From positions 1-33,626 of the forward strand of contig JBFJZV010000003.1 of the NCBI GenBank assembly GCA_041621915.1: a stretch of 33,626 nt of DNA. Reading direction: 5' to 3'. The DNA is from Acidimicrobiia bacterium. GTDB lineage: Bacteria > Actinomycetota > Acidimicrobiia > Spongiisociales > JAOTWH01. The notes under the pieces were generated by a model. The model was not told where the DNA came from, searched no databases, and was given only the letters and a program-made list of their open reading frames with translations. Of this stretch, positions 17,195-26,266 are shown one piece after another. How positions within the stretch are numbered: the stretch's first letter is position 1; each line of letters opens with the position of its first letter. The position numbers were made by a program, and so were the translations under genes.

Positions 17195-19024
17195 GTGGTG
17201 AGACGCGTACTCGGTGGGATGGTGGTGCTCGGCGCGGTCGTGGTGGCGGTCTCCGCCGCCCTCCCGGCGCAGGCTGCCGCCCCCGAGACCGTCGGCGCAG
17301 TCGATCCGGCGACGGCGGCGTGGTCCCTGTCGGACGGCGGCACTGGCGTCGCCAGGTTCACCTACGGCAACCCCGGCGACCTGCCGTTCGTGGGCGACTG
17401 GGACTGCGACGGTGACGACACCCCAGGCCTCTACCGCCAGTCCGACGGGTTCGTGTACCTACGCAACAGCAACTCGATCGGGATCGCCGACATCGAGTTC
17501 TTCTTCGGCGATCCCGGCGACGTGCCGCTGGCCGGGGACTTCGACGGGGACGGCTGCGACACGGTGTCGCTCTATCGCCGCTCCGAGGGGCGCGTGTACA
17601 TCGTCAACCGGCTGGGCGACGGGCAGGGCGGGCTGGGCGCAGCCGAGTTCGCGTACACGTTCGGCAATCCCGGCGACGACCCCTTTGTCGGCGACTTCGA
17701 CGGCGACGGCGTCGACGAGGTCGGCCTGCGGCGGCGCAGCACCGGGCTCGCGTACTTGCGGCTGGTCCACCAGTTCGGCCGGGCCGACGTCGAGTTCACC
17801 TACGGGGACCCCGGCGATCTGGTGGTGGCCGGCGACTGGGACGGCGACGGCGGCGACACCGTCGGGCTGTTCCGCCCCTCGGCCGCCACGTTCTTCCTCA
17901 GCAACCGTAACGCTGCCGGCATCGCCGATCGGGTGGTGCCGTTCGGCACGGCCGGCATGCTGCCGGTCGCCGGGGACTTCGGTGCGCTCGCCACCACCAG
18001 CTCATTGGCGCTGCAGACCGTCGCCGACGACCTGGCTTCTCCGGTGTTCCTCGACGCCCCACCCGGCGATGCGCGGGTGTTCGTGGTGGAGCGCGGGGGG
18101 ACGATCCGGATCCTGGGCCGCCAAGCGCCGTTCCTCGACATCGCCGACCGCGTCAGCGTCGCCGGGGAAGGGGGCTTGCTGAGCATGGCCTTCCATCCCG
18201 GCTTCGGCGCGAACGGGCGCTTCTTCGTCTTCTACACGGACGACGCGGGCGACATCGTCGTCGCCGAGTTCGCAGCTGTCGGGGACACCGCCGACGCCGC
18301 CTCGGGGCGCGTGGTGCTGACCGTCGACGCGCCGGCCACCCATCACTACGGGGGGATGATCGCCTTCGGGCCCGACGAATTCCTGTGGATCGCCGTGGGC
18401 GACGGGCGGGAGCCGGACAGCGGCCAGGACCCGGGGGACCTGCTGGCCGGGCTGCTGCGCATCGACGTGGACGGCCCTGCGCTCTACGACGTGCCGCCCG
18501 GGAACCCGTTCGTCGGCGGCGGTGGCGCGGCCGAGGTGTGGGCGTACGGCTTGCGCAACCCGTGGCGGTTCGCGTTTGACGGCGGCCTCGTCTACGTCGC
18601 CGACGTGGGAGAGGACGGCTGGGAGGAGGTCGATGTCGCGGCGGCGTCGACCGGAGGCATCAACTACGGGTGGAGTGTCATGGAGGGCGACGAGTGCTTC
18701 GACCCGCCCACCGGCTGCAGCACGGCCGGGTTGCGCCGGCCGGTGCTGGTGTACGGGCGGGCGGACGGCTGTTCGATCATCGGCGGCTACGTCTACCGGG
18801 GCGCGGCGCTGCCTCAGCTCGCCGGCCACTACTTCTACGGCGACCTGTGCTCGGGCATCCTCCGCAGCTTCCGGCACTCGGGCGGCCAGGCCGTCGACCG
18901 GCGAGACTGGACGGCGGCGGTCGGCGGTGTGCCGGGCATCGTGTCGTTCGGGACGGACGGCTTCGGGGAGCTGTACGTCGTCCAGCTCGGGGGGCGGGTG
19001 TCCAAGCTCGTCCCCGGCGGCTGA
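17195..19024 (+). CDS. Secreted protein with FG-GAP/VCBS-like repeats and a PQQ-dependent sugar dehydrogenase (GSDH/sGDH-type beta-propeller)
   Basis: Signal peptide, repeated GDWDGDG/GDFDGDG units, then GEGGLLSMAFHP, HYGGMIAFGPD, AYGLRNPWRF and NYGW. TAACGT at 17182-17187 favours a leaderless GTG start at 17195 over 17186. Confidence 0.9.
   Translation: MVRRVLGGMVVLGAVVVAVSAALPAQAAAPETVGAVDPATAAWSLSDGGTGVARFTYGNPGDLPFVGDWDCDGDDTPGLYRQSDGFVYLRNSNSIGIADIEFFFGDPGDVPLAGDFDGDGCDTVSLYRRSEGRVYIVNRLGDGQGGLGAAEFAYTFGNPGDDPFVGDFDGDGVDEVGLRRRSTGLAYLRLVHQFGRADVEFTYGDPGDLVVAGDWDGDGGDTVGLFRPSAATFFLSNRNAAGIADRVVPFGTAGMLPVAGDFGALATTSSLALQTVADDLASPVFLDAPPGDARVFVVERGGTIRILGRQAPFLDIADRVSVAGEGGLLSMAFHPGFGANGRFFVFYTDDAGDIVVAEFAAVGDTADAASGRVVLTVDAPATHHYGGMIAFGPDEFLWIAVGDGREPDSGQDPGDLLAGLLRIDVDGPALYDVPPGNPFVGGGGAAEVWAYGLRNPWRFAFDGGLVYVADVGEDGWEEVDVAAASTGGINYGWSVMEGDECFDPPTGCSTAGLRRPVLVYGRADGCSIIGGYVYRGAALPQLAGHYFYGDLCSGILRSFRHSGGQAVDRRDWTAAVGGVPGIVSFGTDGFGELYVVQLGGRVSKLVPGG
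17363..17980 (+). repeat. About 4.5 intragenic FG-GAP-like repeats
   Basis: (Y/F)G(N/D)PGDxxxxGD(W/F)DxDGxD(T/E)xxLxR occurs four times, plus a partial fifth copy. Confidence 0.85.
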
Positions 19025-19044
19025 TCCGCCGGTACGCTGCGGAC

Positions 19045-19689
19045 ATGGCGATCCGGGAGCTGCCACCCGCCGAGCCGGTCCGCCTCGGCCGCCGGGTTTC
19101 GCCGCTGTGGATGGGGCTGGTGGTCGTGGTGGCACTGCTGGCGGGCGCCATCGGGTGGATGCTGCGCGACCTCGCCGACGGCGGTCCCGCCGACCACTCG
19201 GCGGTGGCGATCGGCCACGTCGACGACTTTCCGGTGGGAGCGCTGGTCGAGGTCATCGTCGACGCCGAGTTCTACGACCCGTACGGCGTCGAGGCTGAGA
19301 CCTCCGACGAGGGCGGGCCGGGGGCGAAGGCGTCCAGGCTGCTGGTGATCCGCCAGGAGGGCGGCCAGGTGGTCGCCATGTATGCGTCGAGCCGCTGGCT
19401 GGGATGCCGGGTCACGCCCGTCGACCGCGCCGGCGCGATCGACATGTTCACGACCGGGGTGCCCGACTGGTTCGTCGCCGGAATGCTCGACCCGTGCCAC
19501 GGTGGGCTCTACGCCCCGACGGGCGAGAAGATCCGCGGGCCGGGGGAGCGCGGGTTGGACCGGTTCCCCGTCGGGTACGCCTCCGACGGCACGGTGCTCG
19601 TCGATCTCACCCGTCCGTTGCGCACCGGGTCGTTGCCGCCGGGCGCCCCGCCGCCCGACATCCTGACCGGCGGCGCCGTCGTGTCGTGA
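19045..19689 (+). CDS. Membrane-anchored Rieske-fold protein with degenerate [2Fe-2S] motifs
   Basis: TM helix; box I SRWLGC (canonical CxHLGC); box II DPCHGGLY (canonical CPCHGS); GPGERGLDRF tail. TACGCT lies 6 nt before the ATG. Confidence 0.82.
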   Translation: MAIRELPPAEPVRLGRRVSPLWMGLVVVVALLAGAIGWMLRDLADGGPADHSAVAIGHVDDFPVGALVEVIVDAEFYDPYGVEAETSDEGGPGAKASRLLVIRQEGGQVVAMYASSRWLGCRVTPVDRAGAIDMFTTGVPDWFVAGMLDPCHGGLYAPTGEKIRGPGERGLDRFPVGYASDGTVLVDLTRPLRTGSLPPGAPPPDILTGGAVVS

Positions 19690-19696
19690 CCGACCG

Positions 19697-20401
19697 TTAA
19701 CGCAACCAACCCGACCGGCGCGCCATCGCCACCGCGGCGAGCTGCGACGTGGCGTTGAGCTTGACGAGGATGGCCCGGATCTGGGACCGCACGGTGTCGA
19801 TCGACACGTAGCTGCGCGCGGCGATCTCGGCGGCCCGCTGCCCGTTGGCCAGCGCCCGCAGCACCTCCCGCTCCCGGCGGGTCAGGCGTTCGAAGGGCTC
19901 GAGCCGGGTGCGCTCCTCGAGCTTCTTCATCCGCAGCTCGGTGAGCAGCGCGTGGCGCTCGTCGGCGGACATCGCGGTGCCTCGTTCGGCCACCGTCTCG
20001 ATAGCGGCCAGGACCTTCTCGAACGGCTCGCTCTTGCGGAGGATGCCCGCCGCGCCTGCCGCCAAGCACTCGGCGTGCGCGAGCCGGTCGCGGCTGCCGG
20101 TGAGGACCAGGACCGTGGCGCCGGCGTCGACGAGCGCCGGTATGAGGTCCTGCCCGTGCCCGAGCCGGCCGAGGTCGAGGTCGAGAAAGACGATGGTGGG
20201 AGAGAAGCGGGCGACCGCGGCCTGGACTGCGTCGGCGTCGGGGCCGCTGCACGCCTCCGCTTCGATTCCTTCGCCGTGCAGCGCCTCCACGAGGATCTGC
20301 CCGAGCAGCTCGTGGTCGTCCACCAGCAGCACCCGCTGACCAGCGGCGGGGCTGCCGGTCAGCGGCGGCGGGTCGGCGACGACGACCAGCTCAGGCAGCA
20401 C
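19697..20401 (-). CDS. NarL/LuxR-family response regulator
   Basis: VLLVDDH, phospho-Asp in IVFLD, conserved Thr and Lys, and the HTH LTRREREVL...IAARSYVSIDTVRSQ. Confidence 0.95.
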   Translation of the reverse strand: MLPELVVVADPPPLTGSPAAGQRVLLVDDHELLGQILVEALHGEGIEAEACSGPDADAVQAAVARFSPTIVFLDLDLGRLGHGQDLIPALVDAGATVLVLTGSRDRLAHAECLAAGAAGILRKSEPFEKVLAAIETVAERGTAMSADERHALLTELRMKKLEERTRLEPFERLTRREREVLRALANGQRAAEIAARSYVSIDTVRSQIRAILVKLNATSQLAAVAMARRSGWLR

Positions 20402-21314
20402 GGCACACTTCTGCGGTCGTGCGGGGAAGGGTCAGCTCGAACGCCGCTCCGGCCCCCGCCGAGGGCACTGTGGTGAGCGTGCCGCCCTGGGTCGCGGCGA
20501 GTCGGCGAGCGATGTAGAGGCCGAGCCCGGTGCCCGAGGCCGAACCTTTGACTCCTCGGTCGAAGATCTTGCCGGCGAGCGCCGCGTCGATGCCGGGGCC
20601 GCGGTCCGCCACGCGTACGACGGCGGTGCGGCCCCGGAGCTCGGTGGAAACCGTCACTGGCGCGCCGGGCGCGTGCCGGTGGGCATTGTCGAGCAGGTTC
20701 CGCACGATCTCGGCGACCACCTCGGGCGAGCCGTGGGCGGTGGTGGCCGGGTCGATGCCGGCGCGCACCTCCTGGCCGCGCAGCCGCGCGGCTTCGATGG
20801 CGGGCTGCAGCGGAAGCTCGAGCGAGAAGTCCGCCGGGCGGCGGCCCGCCGCGCCACCATCGAGGAGCCGGTGGAGCGACGCCACTTCGGCGCGGATGAC
20901 CTCGACCGCGGTGTCCCAGCTCAGATCGCCGTGGTCGCGCCGGCGGGCGGCCGCATACACGGCTAGCTCGATGGTCGATAGCGCCGAGCGGGCTTCATGG
21001 GCGCGCTCCTCCCACTCGGCCTCTGCCGCCTCCGACTGGCGCCGCCACCGGTGGGCCTCCCGGGCCCAGCGCAGGGCGGTCGCCGCCTGGTGCCGGGTGG
21101 AGCGCTCGAGGACGGCGGCGCCGCCCAGCAGCGCGAAGAGCAGCGTGAGCAACCGCAGCGTCCCCACCACCGTCGGTCGCAGATCGAGGTCCGGGCGTAG
21201 TGAGGCGCCCGCCACCTCTGCGGCGACGAACGCCGCGAGCGTCAGCGCCACTGCCAGCAGGAACCATTGGTCCCGCCAGGCCGCCGATCTACGTCGCGGC
21301 TCGCCGATGTCCAT
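20391..21314 (-). CDS. Sensor histidine kinase (two TM helices, HisKA-like plus HATPase_c)
   Basis: H-box AHEARSAL, N-box NLLDNA, DRGPGI, F-box IFDRG and GTGLGL. GGAGGAG RBS. Confidence 0.93.
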   Translation of the reverse strand: MDIGEPRRRSAAWRDQWFLLAVALTLAAFVAAEVAGASLRPDLDLRPTVVGTLRLLTLLFALLGGAAVLERSTRHQAATALRWAREAHRWRRQSEAAEAEWEERAHEARSALSTIELAVYAAARRRDHGDLSWDTAVEVIRAEVASLHRLLDGGAAGRRPADFSLELPLQPAIEAARLRGQEVRAGIDPATTAHGSPEVVAEIVRNLLDNAHRHAPGAPVTVSTELRGRTAVVRVADRGPGIDAALAGKIFDRGVKGSASGTGLGLYIARRLAATQGGTLTTVPSAGAGAAFELTLPRTTAEVCRAA

Positions 21315-21347
21315 CAGCTCCTCCCCGGGTGACTAGTCCCGTCGTGA

Positions 21348-22067
21348 TTACGTTCCGTAGTCAGGCTCCTGGAGTTTGTCGGATATCAGCGCTCGAAACT
21401 TGAATGCGATGGCGGCTGCCGCCAGCCCGGCGAGCACCCCGGCGGCGTACCAGGCGGGGAGCGACGTGCCCAGTGCGGGCCGGAGCGGCTCCGTGGCCAG
21501 CCGCACCGCCGCGGCCGCGGCGAGGGCGACGCCGCCGAGTACCCCCGGCGGCGGGAACCTGCGGCGGGCGACCAGCGCGGCGAACGCAGCGATCACGAAC
21601 AGCGCGGCCGCATATAGCTCGACCGGGTGGCGGGTGATGTCGCTGCCGGGCAGCGCATACGCCCACGGGAGGTCGGAGGGGGTGCCCAGGCAGGCGTCGC
21701 GGAACAGGCAGCCGGCGTGCCAGCCCGCCAGGCCCGCCAGCGCGGCTGCAGCCGCAGCATCGGCCAGGCGGGCCAGTTCGCGTCGGGCGAGGACGGCGAA
21801 CGCGGCGAGCGCGCCGATCGACGCCCATACCGTGTCGACGCCGCCCCGCACCACGAGGATGTCGCCAGGCCGGGTGAGCGGGTTGGTGCCGGCGAGGATC
21901 ATCGCCGCCAGCCGCCCCGCCACTAGGCCGGCCAGGGCTGCAGCGATCCCCGTGTCCCACACGTCGCGGCTGCAGTCGGCGGCGTTGCCCCGCCGCGCCT
22001 CCCACCGCACCACTCCATAGAACGCGATTGCAGCCACCAACGCAGCCCACAGCAGCGTGAACTCCAT
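21348..22067 (-). CDS. Divergent prolipoprotein diacylglyceryl transferase (Lgt)-family membrane protein
   Basis: Multi-TM protein with GRL, LAD, CLGTPSDLPWA and RHPVELY (Lgt RHPxQLY). HAGCL occupies the position of RxGN/C. Confidence 0.72.
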   Translation of the reverse strand: MEFTLLWAALVAAIAFYGVVRWEARRGNAADCSRDVWDTGIAAALAGLVAGRLAAMILAGTNPLTRPGDILVVRGGVDTVWASIGALAAFAVLARRELARLADAAAAAALAGLAGWHAGCLFRDACLGTPSDLPWAYALPGSDITRHPVELYAAALFVIAAFAALVARRRFPPPGVLGGVALAAAAAVRLATEPLRPALGTSLPAWYAAGVLAGLAAAAIAFKFRALISDKLQEPDYGT

Positions 22068-22636
22068 CAGCGGGCCAGCAGCTCGTCGATCTGCAACGCT
22101 AGCGTGCGCTCGTCGATGATCCCGTTGTGCGTCTCGACCAGCTCGCCGCCGGCGGCGAAGAAGAAGGTGATCGGCACCCCGCGCCCGCCGAGGTCGGCGG
22201 GCACCCGTGACGGGCGGTCGAAGTAGTGCTCGAAGCCCCCGAGCCCGTACTCGTCGATGAACTCACGGGCCGGGCCCTGGCTGTCCCGCACCGCCACCCC
22301 CACGAAGCGCACGTCGTCGCCGGCGTCGGCGTGGGCGGCCCGCAGCAGCGGCGCCTCGGACCGGCAAGGCGCGCACCACGATCCCCACACGTTCACGACG
22401 ACCGGCTGCTTGGACGCGGCGAGCAGCGCGCGCATCCCGACCGCGTCGATCTCCGGCAGGGCGCCAGCGGGGGCGGTGCCGGAGCCCGGGGAACACGCGG
22501 CCAGGAGGACGAGCAGGAGCGCGAAAGCTCTTCCTCCTCCGGCTGAGCGGGGGAGGTGGGCCGGCGCCGCAGGCGCCGGGTCGGAGGGGGCGGTTCCGGG
22601 CGCGCTCGCACTCGCCGCAGGGGGAGCACGGGTCAT
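22067..22636 (-). CDS. TlpA-family thiol:disulfide oxidoreductase lipoprotein
   Basis: Lipobox [18 protein letters not shown] and GVPITFF. ATG 22636 overlaps the hisIE stop (ATGA). Confidence 0.88.
   Translation of the reverse strand: MTRAPPAASASAPGTAPSDPAPAAPAHLPRSAGGGRAFALLLVLLAACSPGSGTAPAGALPEIDAVGMRALLAASKQPVVVNVWGSWCAPCRSEAPLLRAAHADAGDDVRFVGVAVRDSQGPAREFIDEYGLGGFEHYFDRPSRVPADLGGRGVPITFFFAAGGELVETHNGIIDERTLALQIDELLAR
22531..22591 (-). repeat. REP-like palindromic repeat, copy D, in frame inside the TlpA signal-peptide region
   Basis: CCCCCTCCGAC-[CCGGCGCC TGC GGCGCCGG]-CCCACCTCCCCCGCTCAGCCGGAGGAGGAA, the same architecture as B and C. Confidence 0.72.
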
Positions 22637-23232
22637 CGTGCACGCTCCGCGAGGACGCCGAGCACCTCGCGAGGGGCCAGGCCCTGTTCCGCCAGCAGCA
22701 CCAGCAGGTGGTAGATCAGGTCGGCGGCCTCCTCGGTCGTGCGCCGGGGGCCCTCGTCGCGGGCGGCCTCCACTACCTCGCCAGCCTCCTCGAGCACCTT
22801 GGCGCCCACCGCCTCGACACCGCCTGCCAGCAGGCGGGCGGTGTAGGAGCCTTCCGGTCGCTCGGCGGCGCGGGAGGCGATCGTTGCCCACAGCGCCTCC
22901 AGCGAGGCGAAGCCCTGCAAGAGTTCGTCGCCGAAGCACGACCGGCTGCCGGTGTGGCAGGCGGGGCCCGCCGGGCGGGCGGAGATCAGCAGCGCGTCGC
23001 CGTCGCAGTCGAGCCGCACGTCCACCAGCTCGAGCGTGTTGCCGCTCGTCGCGCCCTTGCGCCACAGCTCGTCGCGGGAGCGGCTCCAGAAGTGGACCTC
23101 GCCGGTGTCGAGCGTCGCCGCCAGCGCCTCCCGGTTCACGTAGGCAACCATCAGCACCTGCCCGGAGCCCTCGTCCTGGACGACCGCAGGCGCCAGGCCG
23201 TCCGGACCGTAGGACGGGTCGTCGGGCGTCAC
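22633..23232 (-). CDS. hisIE: Bifunctional phosphoribosyl-AMP cyclohydrolase / phosphoribosyl-ATP pyrophosphatase
   Basis: [42 protein letters not shown] and EAADLIYH. Confidence 0.96.
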   Translation of the reverse strand: MTPDDPSYGPDGLAPAVVQDEGSGQVLMVAYVNREALAATLDTGEVHFWSRSRDELWRKGATSGNTLELVDVRLDCDGDALLISARPAGPACHTGSRSCFGDELLQGFASLEALWATIASRAAERPEGSYTARLLAGGVEAVGAKVLEEAGEVVEAARDEGPRRTTEEAADLIYHLLVLLAEQGLAPREVLGVLAERAR

Positions 23233-24026
23233 GCCACATCCACCTGGCGCACGGGCAGCCCGGCCGCTGCCATGCCGGCTTTGAGGTCGGCGATGGAGAT
23301 CTCCGCGCGATGGAAGATCGACGCCGCCAGCACGGCGTCGGCGCCGCCTTCGGCGACCGCCGCCACGCAGTCGCCGATGGTCCCCGCGCCGCCCGAGGCG
23401 ATCACCGGCACCGTCACCGCGTCACCCGCGGCGCGCAGCAGCGCGGTGTCGTAGCCCGCCTTGGTGCCGTCCTGGTCCATCGAGGTGAGCAGGATCTCGC
23501 CGGCGCCCAGCGCCGTGCCCCGTCGCGCCCACTCGACGGCGTCGAGGCCGGTGGGGGTGCGGCCACCGTTGACCACGACTTCCCAGGTGGCTTGACCGCT
23601 GGCGCGAGTATCGCCGCCTGTGCCTCGGCAACGGGCATCGATCGCCAGCACGACGCACTGGCTACCGAACGCGGCGGCGCAGCGGGCGATGAGGTCGGGG
23701 TCTCGGACGGCCGCCGTGTTCAGCGAGACCTTGTCGGCGCCGGCGCGCAGCACGGCCCGCATGTCGTCGACGCTGCGGACGCCGCCGCCGACCGTCAGCG
23801 GCACGAACACGTTCTCGGCGGTGCGGTGGACCACGTCCAGCATCGTGCCGCGCCCCTCCGGGGAAGCGGAGATGTCGAGGAAGACGATCTCGTCGGCACC
23901 CTCGGCCGCATAGCGGGCGGCGAGCTCCACGGGGTCGCCTTCGTCGACGAGGTCGACGAACCGCACCCCCTTCACCACCCTCCCGGCGGACACGTCGAGG
24001 CACGGGATGATCCGCTTACGCAGCAC
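23229..24026 (-). CDS. hisF: Imidazole glycerol phosphate synthase cyclase subunit
   Basis: [31 protein letters not shown] and PVIASGGAG. Confidence 0.97.
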   Translation of the reverse strand: MLRKRIIPCLDVSAGRVVKGVRFVDLVDEGDPVELAARYAAEGADEIVFLDISASPEGRGTMLDVVHRTAENVFVPLTVGGGVRSVDDMRAVLRAGADKVSLNTAAVRDPDLIARCAAAFGSQCVVLAIDARCRGTGGDTRASGQATWEVVVNGGRTPTGLDAVEWARRGTALGAGEILLTSMDQDGTKAGYDTALLRAAGDAVTVPVIASGGAGTIGDCVAAVAEGGADAVLAASIFHRAEISIADLKAGMAAAGLPVRQVDVA

Positions 24027-24636
24027 GGCGCGCCTCCCGGCACTCGGCGACGAAGTTGCCGAGCACCCGGAGCCCGGCGCCGGCGCTCCGCTCCGGATGG
24101 AATTGCACCCCATATCGGCGGCCGTCATGGACGGCCGCCGAGAAGACAGAGCCGTGCTCGGCCGTGCCGGTCACGATGGCCGGGTCCGTAGGGACGGGAG
24201 CGTACGAGTGCACGAAGTAGAAGGGCTCGCCGGACGAGATGCCCTCGAACAAGGGGTCGCGACGGAGCAGCGTGACGTCGTTCCAACCGATGTGGGGCAG
24301 GCGGGGAGCATCGCGGAGGCGCTCCACTCTTCCCGGCAGCAGCCCCAAGCACTCGGCGCCGTCCTCCTCGCTGGTCTCGAAGAACAGCTGGAGGCCTACG
24401 CAAATGCCCAGCAGCGGCCCATCCCACTCCCGCAGCGGCTCGACGAAGCCTGCGTCGCGGAGCCGCGCCATGGCGGCACCCGTCGAGCCGACTCCCGGTA
24501 GGACGATCCCGGCGGCGCCTTGCAGTTCGCCCGGGCCGGAGGCGACCGCCACATCGGCTCCAGCTCGGGTCAGGCCCTGGGCTATCGACACGAGGTTGCC
24601 GGCGCCGTGGTCGACGACGGCGATCGGGACGCTCAC
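24016..24636 (-). CDS. hisH: Imidazole glycerol phosphate synthase glutaminase subunit
   Basis: [25 protein letters not shown] and GVQFHPERS. Confidence 0.97.
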   Translation of the reverse strand: MSVPIAVVDHGAGNLVSIAQGLTRAGADVAVASGPGELQGAAGIVLPGVGSTGAAMARLRDAGFVEPLREWDGPLLGICVGLQLFFETSEEDGAECLGLLPGRVERLRDAPRLPHIGWNDVTLLRRDPLFEGISSGEPFYFVHSYAPVPTDPAIVTGTAEHGSVFSAAVHDGRRYGVQFHPERSAGAGLRVLGNFVAECREARRAA

Positions 24637-25217
24637 ACTGCGCCCTTGGTCGAAGCCACGCCCTCCCGACGCTTGTCGGGCGCCACGGCCGCCCGCAGCG
24701 CCCGGGCGAGCGCCTTGAAGGCTGCCTCGGCCACGTGGTGATCGTTGCGACCCGACGCTTGAAGGTGCAGCGTGATGCCCGCGGTGCGAGCGAGCGACTC
24801 GAGCGCATGGGGGATCATCTGCGTCGACAGTGCCCCGATCCGCTCGGCCCGGAGCTCCACGTCGATCTCGGCGTACGGCCGCCCGCCGACGTCGACCGCG
24901 CATCGGGCGAGCGCCTCGTCCATGGGCACGGCCGCGTCGCCGAAGCGGGCGATGCCGGACCTGTCGCCCAGCGCCTCTGCCAGCGCTTCGCCGAGCACGA
25001 GCGCGGTGTCCTCGATTGTGTGATGGTCATCGACCTCGGTGTCCCCGGTGGTGTCCACCGTGAGGTCGAACAGGGCGTGGTGGGCGACCGAGCCGAGGAG
25101 GTGGTCGAAGAACCCGACTCCGGTCTGCACCTGCGCCGTGCCGGTGCCATCCAGGTCGATCGTGATCCGCACCTCGGTCTCGGCGGTCTTGCGGTGCCGC
25201 TCGGCGCGACGGCTCAT
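24633..25217 (-). CDS. hisB: Imidazoleglycerol-phosphate dehydratase (monofunctional)
   Basis: RKTAET, TGVGFFDH, DDHHTIED, VPMDEAL, NDHHVAEAAFKA and STKG. Confidence 0.97.
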   Translation of the reverse strand: MSRRAERHRKTAETEVRITIDLDGTGTAQVQTGVGFFDHLLGSVAHHALFDLTVDTTGDTEVDDHHTIEDTALVLGEALAEALGDRSGIARFGDAAVPMDEALARCAVDVGGRPYAEIDVELRAERIGALSTQMIPHALESLARTAGITLHLQASGRNDHHVAEAAFKALARALRAAVAPDKRREGVASTKGAV

Positions 25218-26266
25218 GGCAGGTTCCTTTCGATGGCGTCCAGCAGGCGGTCGTGATCTGGTGGGGTGCGCACGGTGAACCGCAGGTAGCCGGTCAGCAT
25301 CCCGGCCTTGAAGCTGCGGACGACCAGTCCCTCGCCCATCAGCGCCCGCTCCAGATCGACGGCGTGCGGTCCCACCTCGCAGAGGAGGAAGTTCGTGTCG
25401 GAGGGCAGCACCCGGAAGCCGGCGCGGGCCAGCATCGCGCCTAGCCGGCTGCGCTCGGCGGTGATCGCGGCGACGTTGGCCTTGGCGATCTCCGGCTCGG
25501 CGAGCGCTCGGATGGCGAGCGCAGCCGACACCGCCGAGATGCTGCCCGGCGGGCGCAACGCCTCGAGGCGCGCGGTCAGTTCGGGCGAGGCGAGCGAGTA
25601 GCCGACCCGGATGGAGGCGAGCCCGAATGCCTTCGACATCGTGTGGAGCACCACCAGGTTCGGGTAGCGCTCCAGCCACGATGCCCAGCGGTCGCCGGTG
25701 AACTCGGCGTAGGCGGCGTCCAAGACGACGACCCCACTCGCCGCCGCGACGATCTCCTCGATGTCGGCGTCGGCGGCCCGCTGCCCGGTGGGGTTGTGGG
25801 GCTGGCAGAGGTACAGGAGGTGGCTGCGGACGGCGAGGTCGGCCAGGCCGGCGGCTGGGAGCGGGAAGTCGGGCGCCAGGCGGTCGACGGTCCGGAACTC
25901 GGCGGACTGCTGGGCGGCGGCAATGCGGTAGAGGGAGTACGCCGGGAGGTCGGCAGCCGCGACGCCGCCAGGGTCGAGCCATGCCTTGGAGGCGATGAGG
26001 ATGAGCTCGTCGGCGCCGGCGCCGACCATCACCTGCTGTGGCTCGACACCGGCGTAGGCGGCTGCGGCCTCCTTGAGGGGGCGGTAGTCGGCGGCGGGGT
26101 ATTCCGAGGCGCGGCGGGTTGCGGCGGCGGCTTCCTCCGCCACCCACGACGGTGCCTGTGGGGAGGTGTTGTGGTCGAAGCGGATCACCTCGTCCGGCGA
26201 GATGTCGGCGCGGGCTGCGATCTCGGCGGTGCCGGGCTGCCACTGGTATACGGGAAGCCCGGTCAT
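25214..26266 (-). CDS. hisC: Histidinol-phosphate aminotransferase
   Basis: GADELI, PHNPTG, LDAAYAEF and TMSKAFGLASIRVGY (PLP lysine). Confidence 0.95.
   Translation of the reverse strand: MTGLPVYQWQPGTAEIAARADISPDEVIRFDHNTSPQAPSWVAEEAAAATRRASEYPAADYRPLKEAAAAYAGVEPQQVMVGAGADELILIASKAWLDPGGVAAADLPAYSLYRIAAAQQSAEFRTVDRLAPDFPLPAAGLADLAVRSHLLYLCQPHNPTGQRAADADIEEIVAAASGVVVLDAAYAEFTGDRWASWLERYPNLVVLHTMSKAFGLASIRVGYSLASPELTARLEALRPPGSISAVSAALAIRALAEPEIAKANVAAITAERSRLGAMLARAGFRVLPSDTNFLLCEVGPHAVDLERALMGEGLVVRSFKAGMLTGYLRFTVRTPPDHDRLLDAIERNLP

Noticed and set aside
17363-17980. Periodic GGCGAC-rich repeats as a nucleotide-level array
   Set aside because: They are degenerate at the DNA level and in frame, so they are protein FG-GAP-like repeats.
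23585-23635. Short insertion in HisF ([14 protein letters not shown]) as another in-frame repeat
   Set aside because: It lacks the REP double-hairpin layout, and this HisF loop is naturally variable in length.
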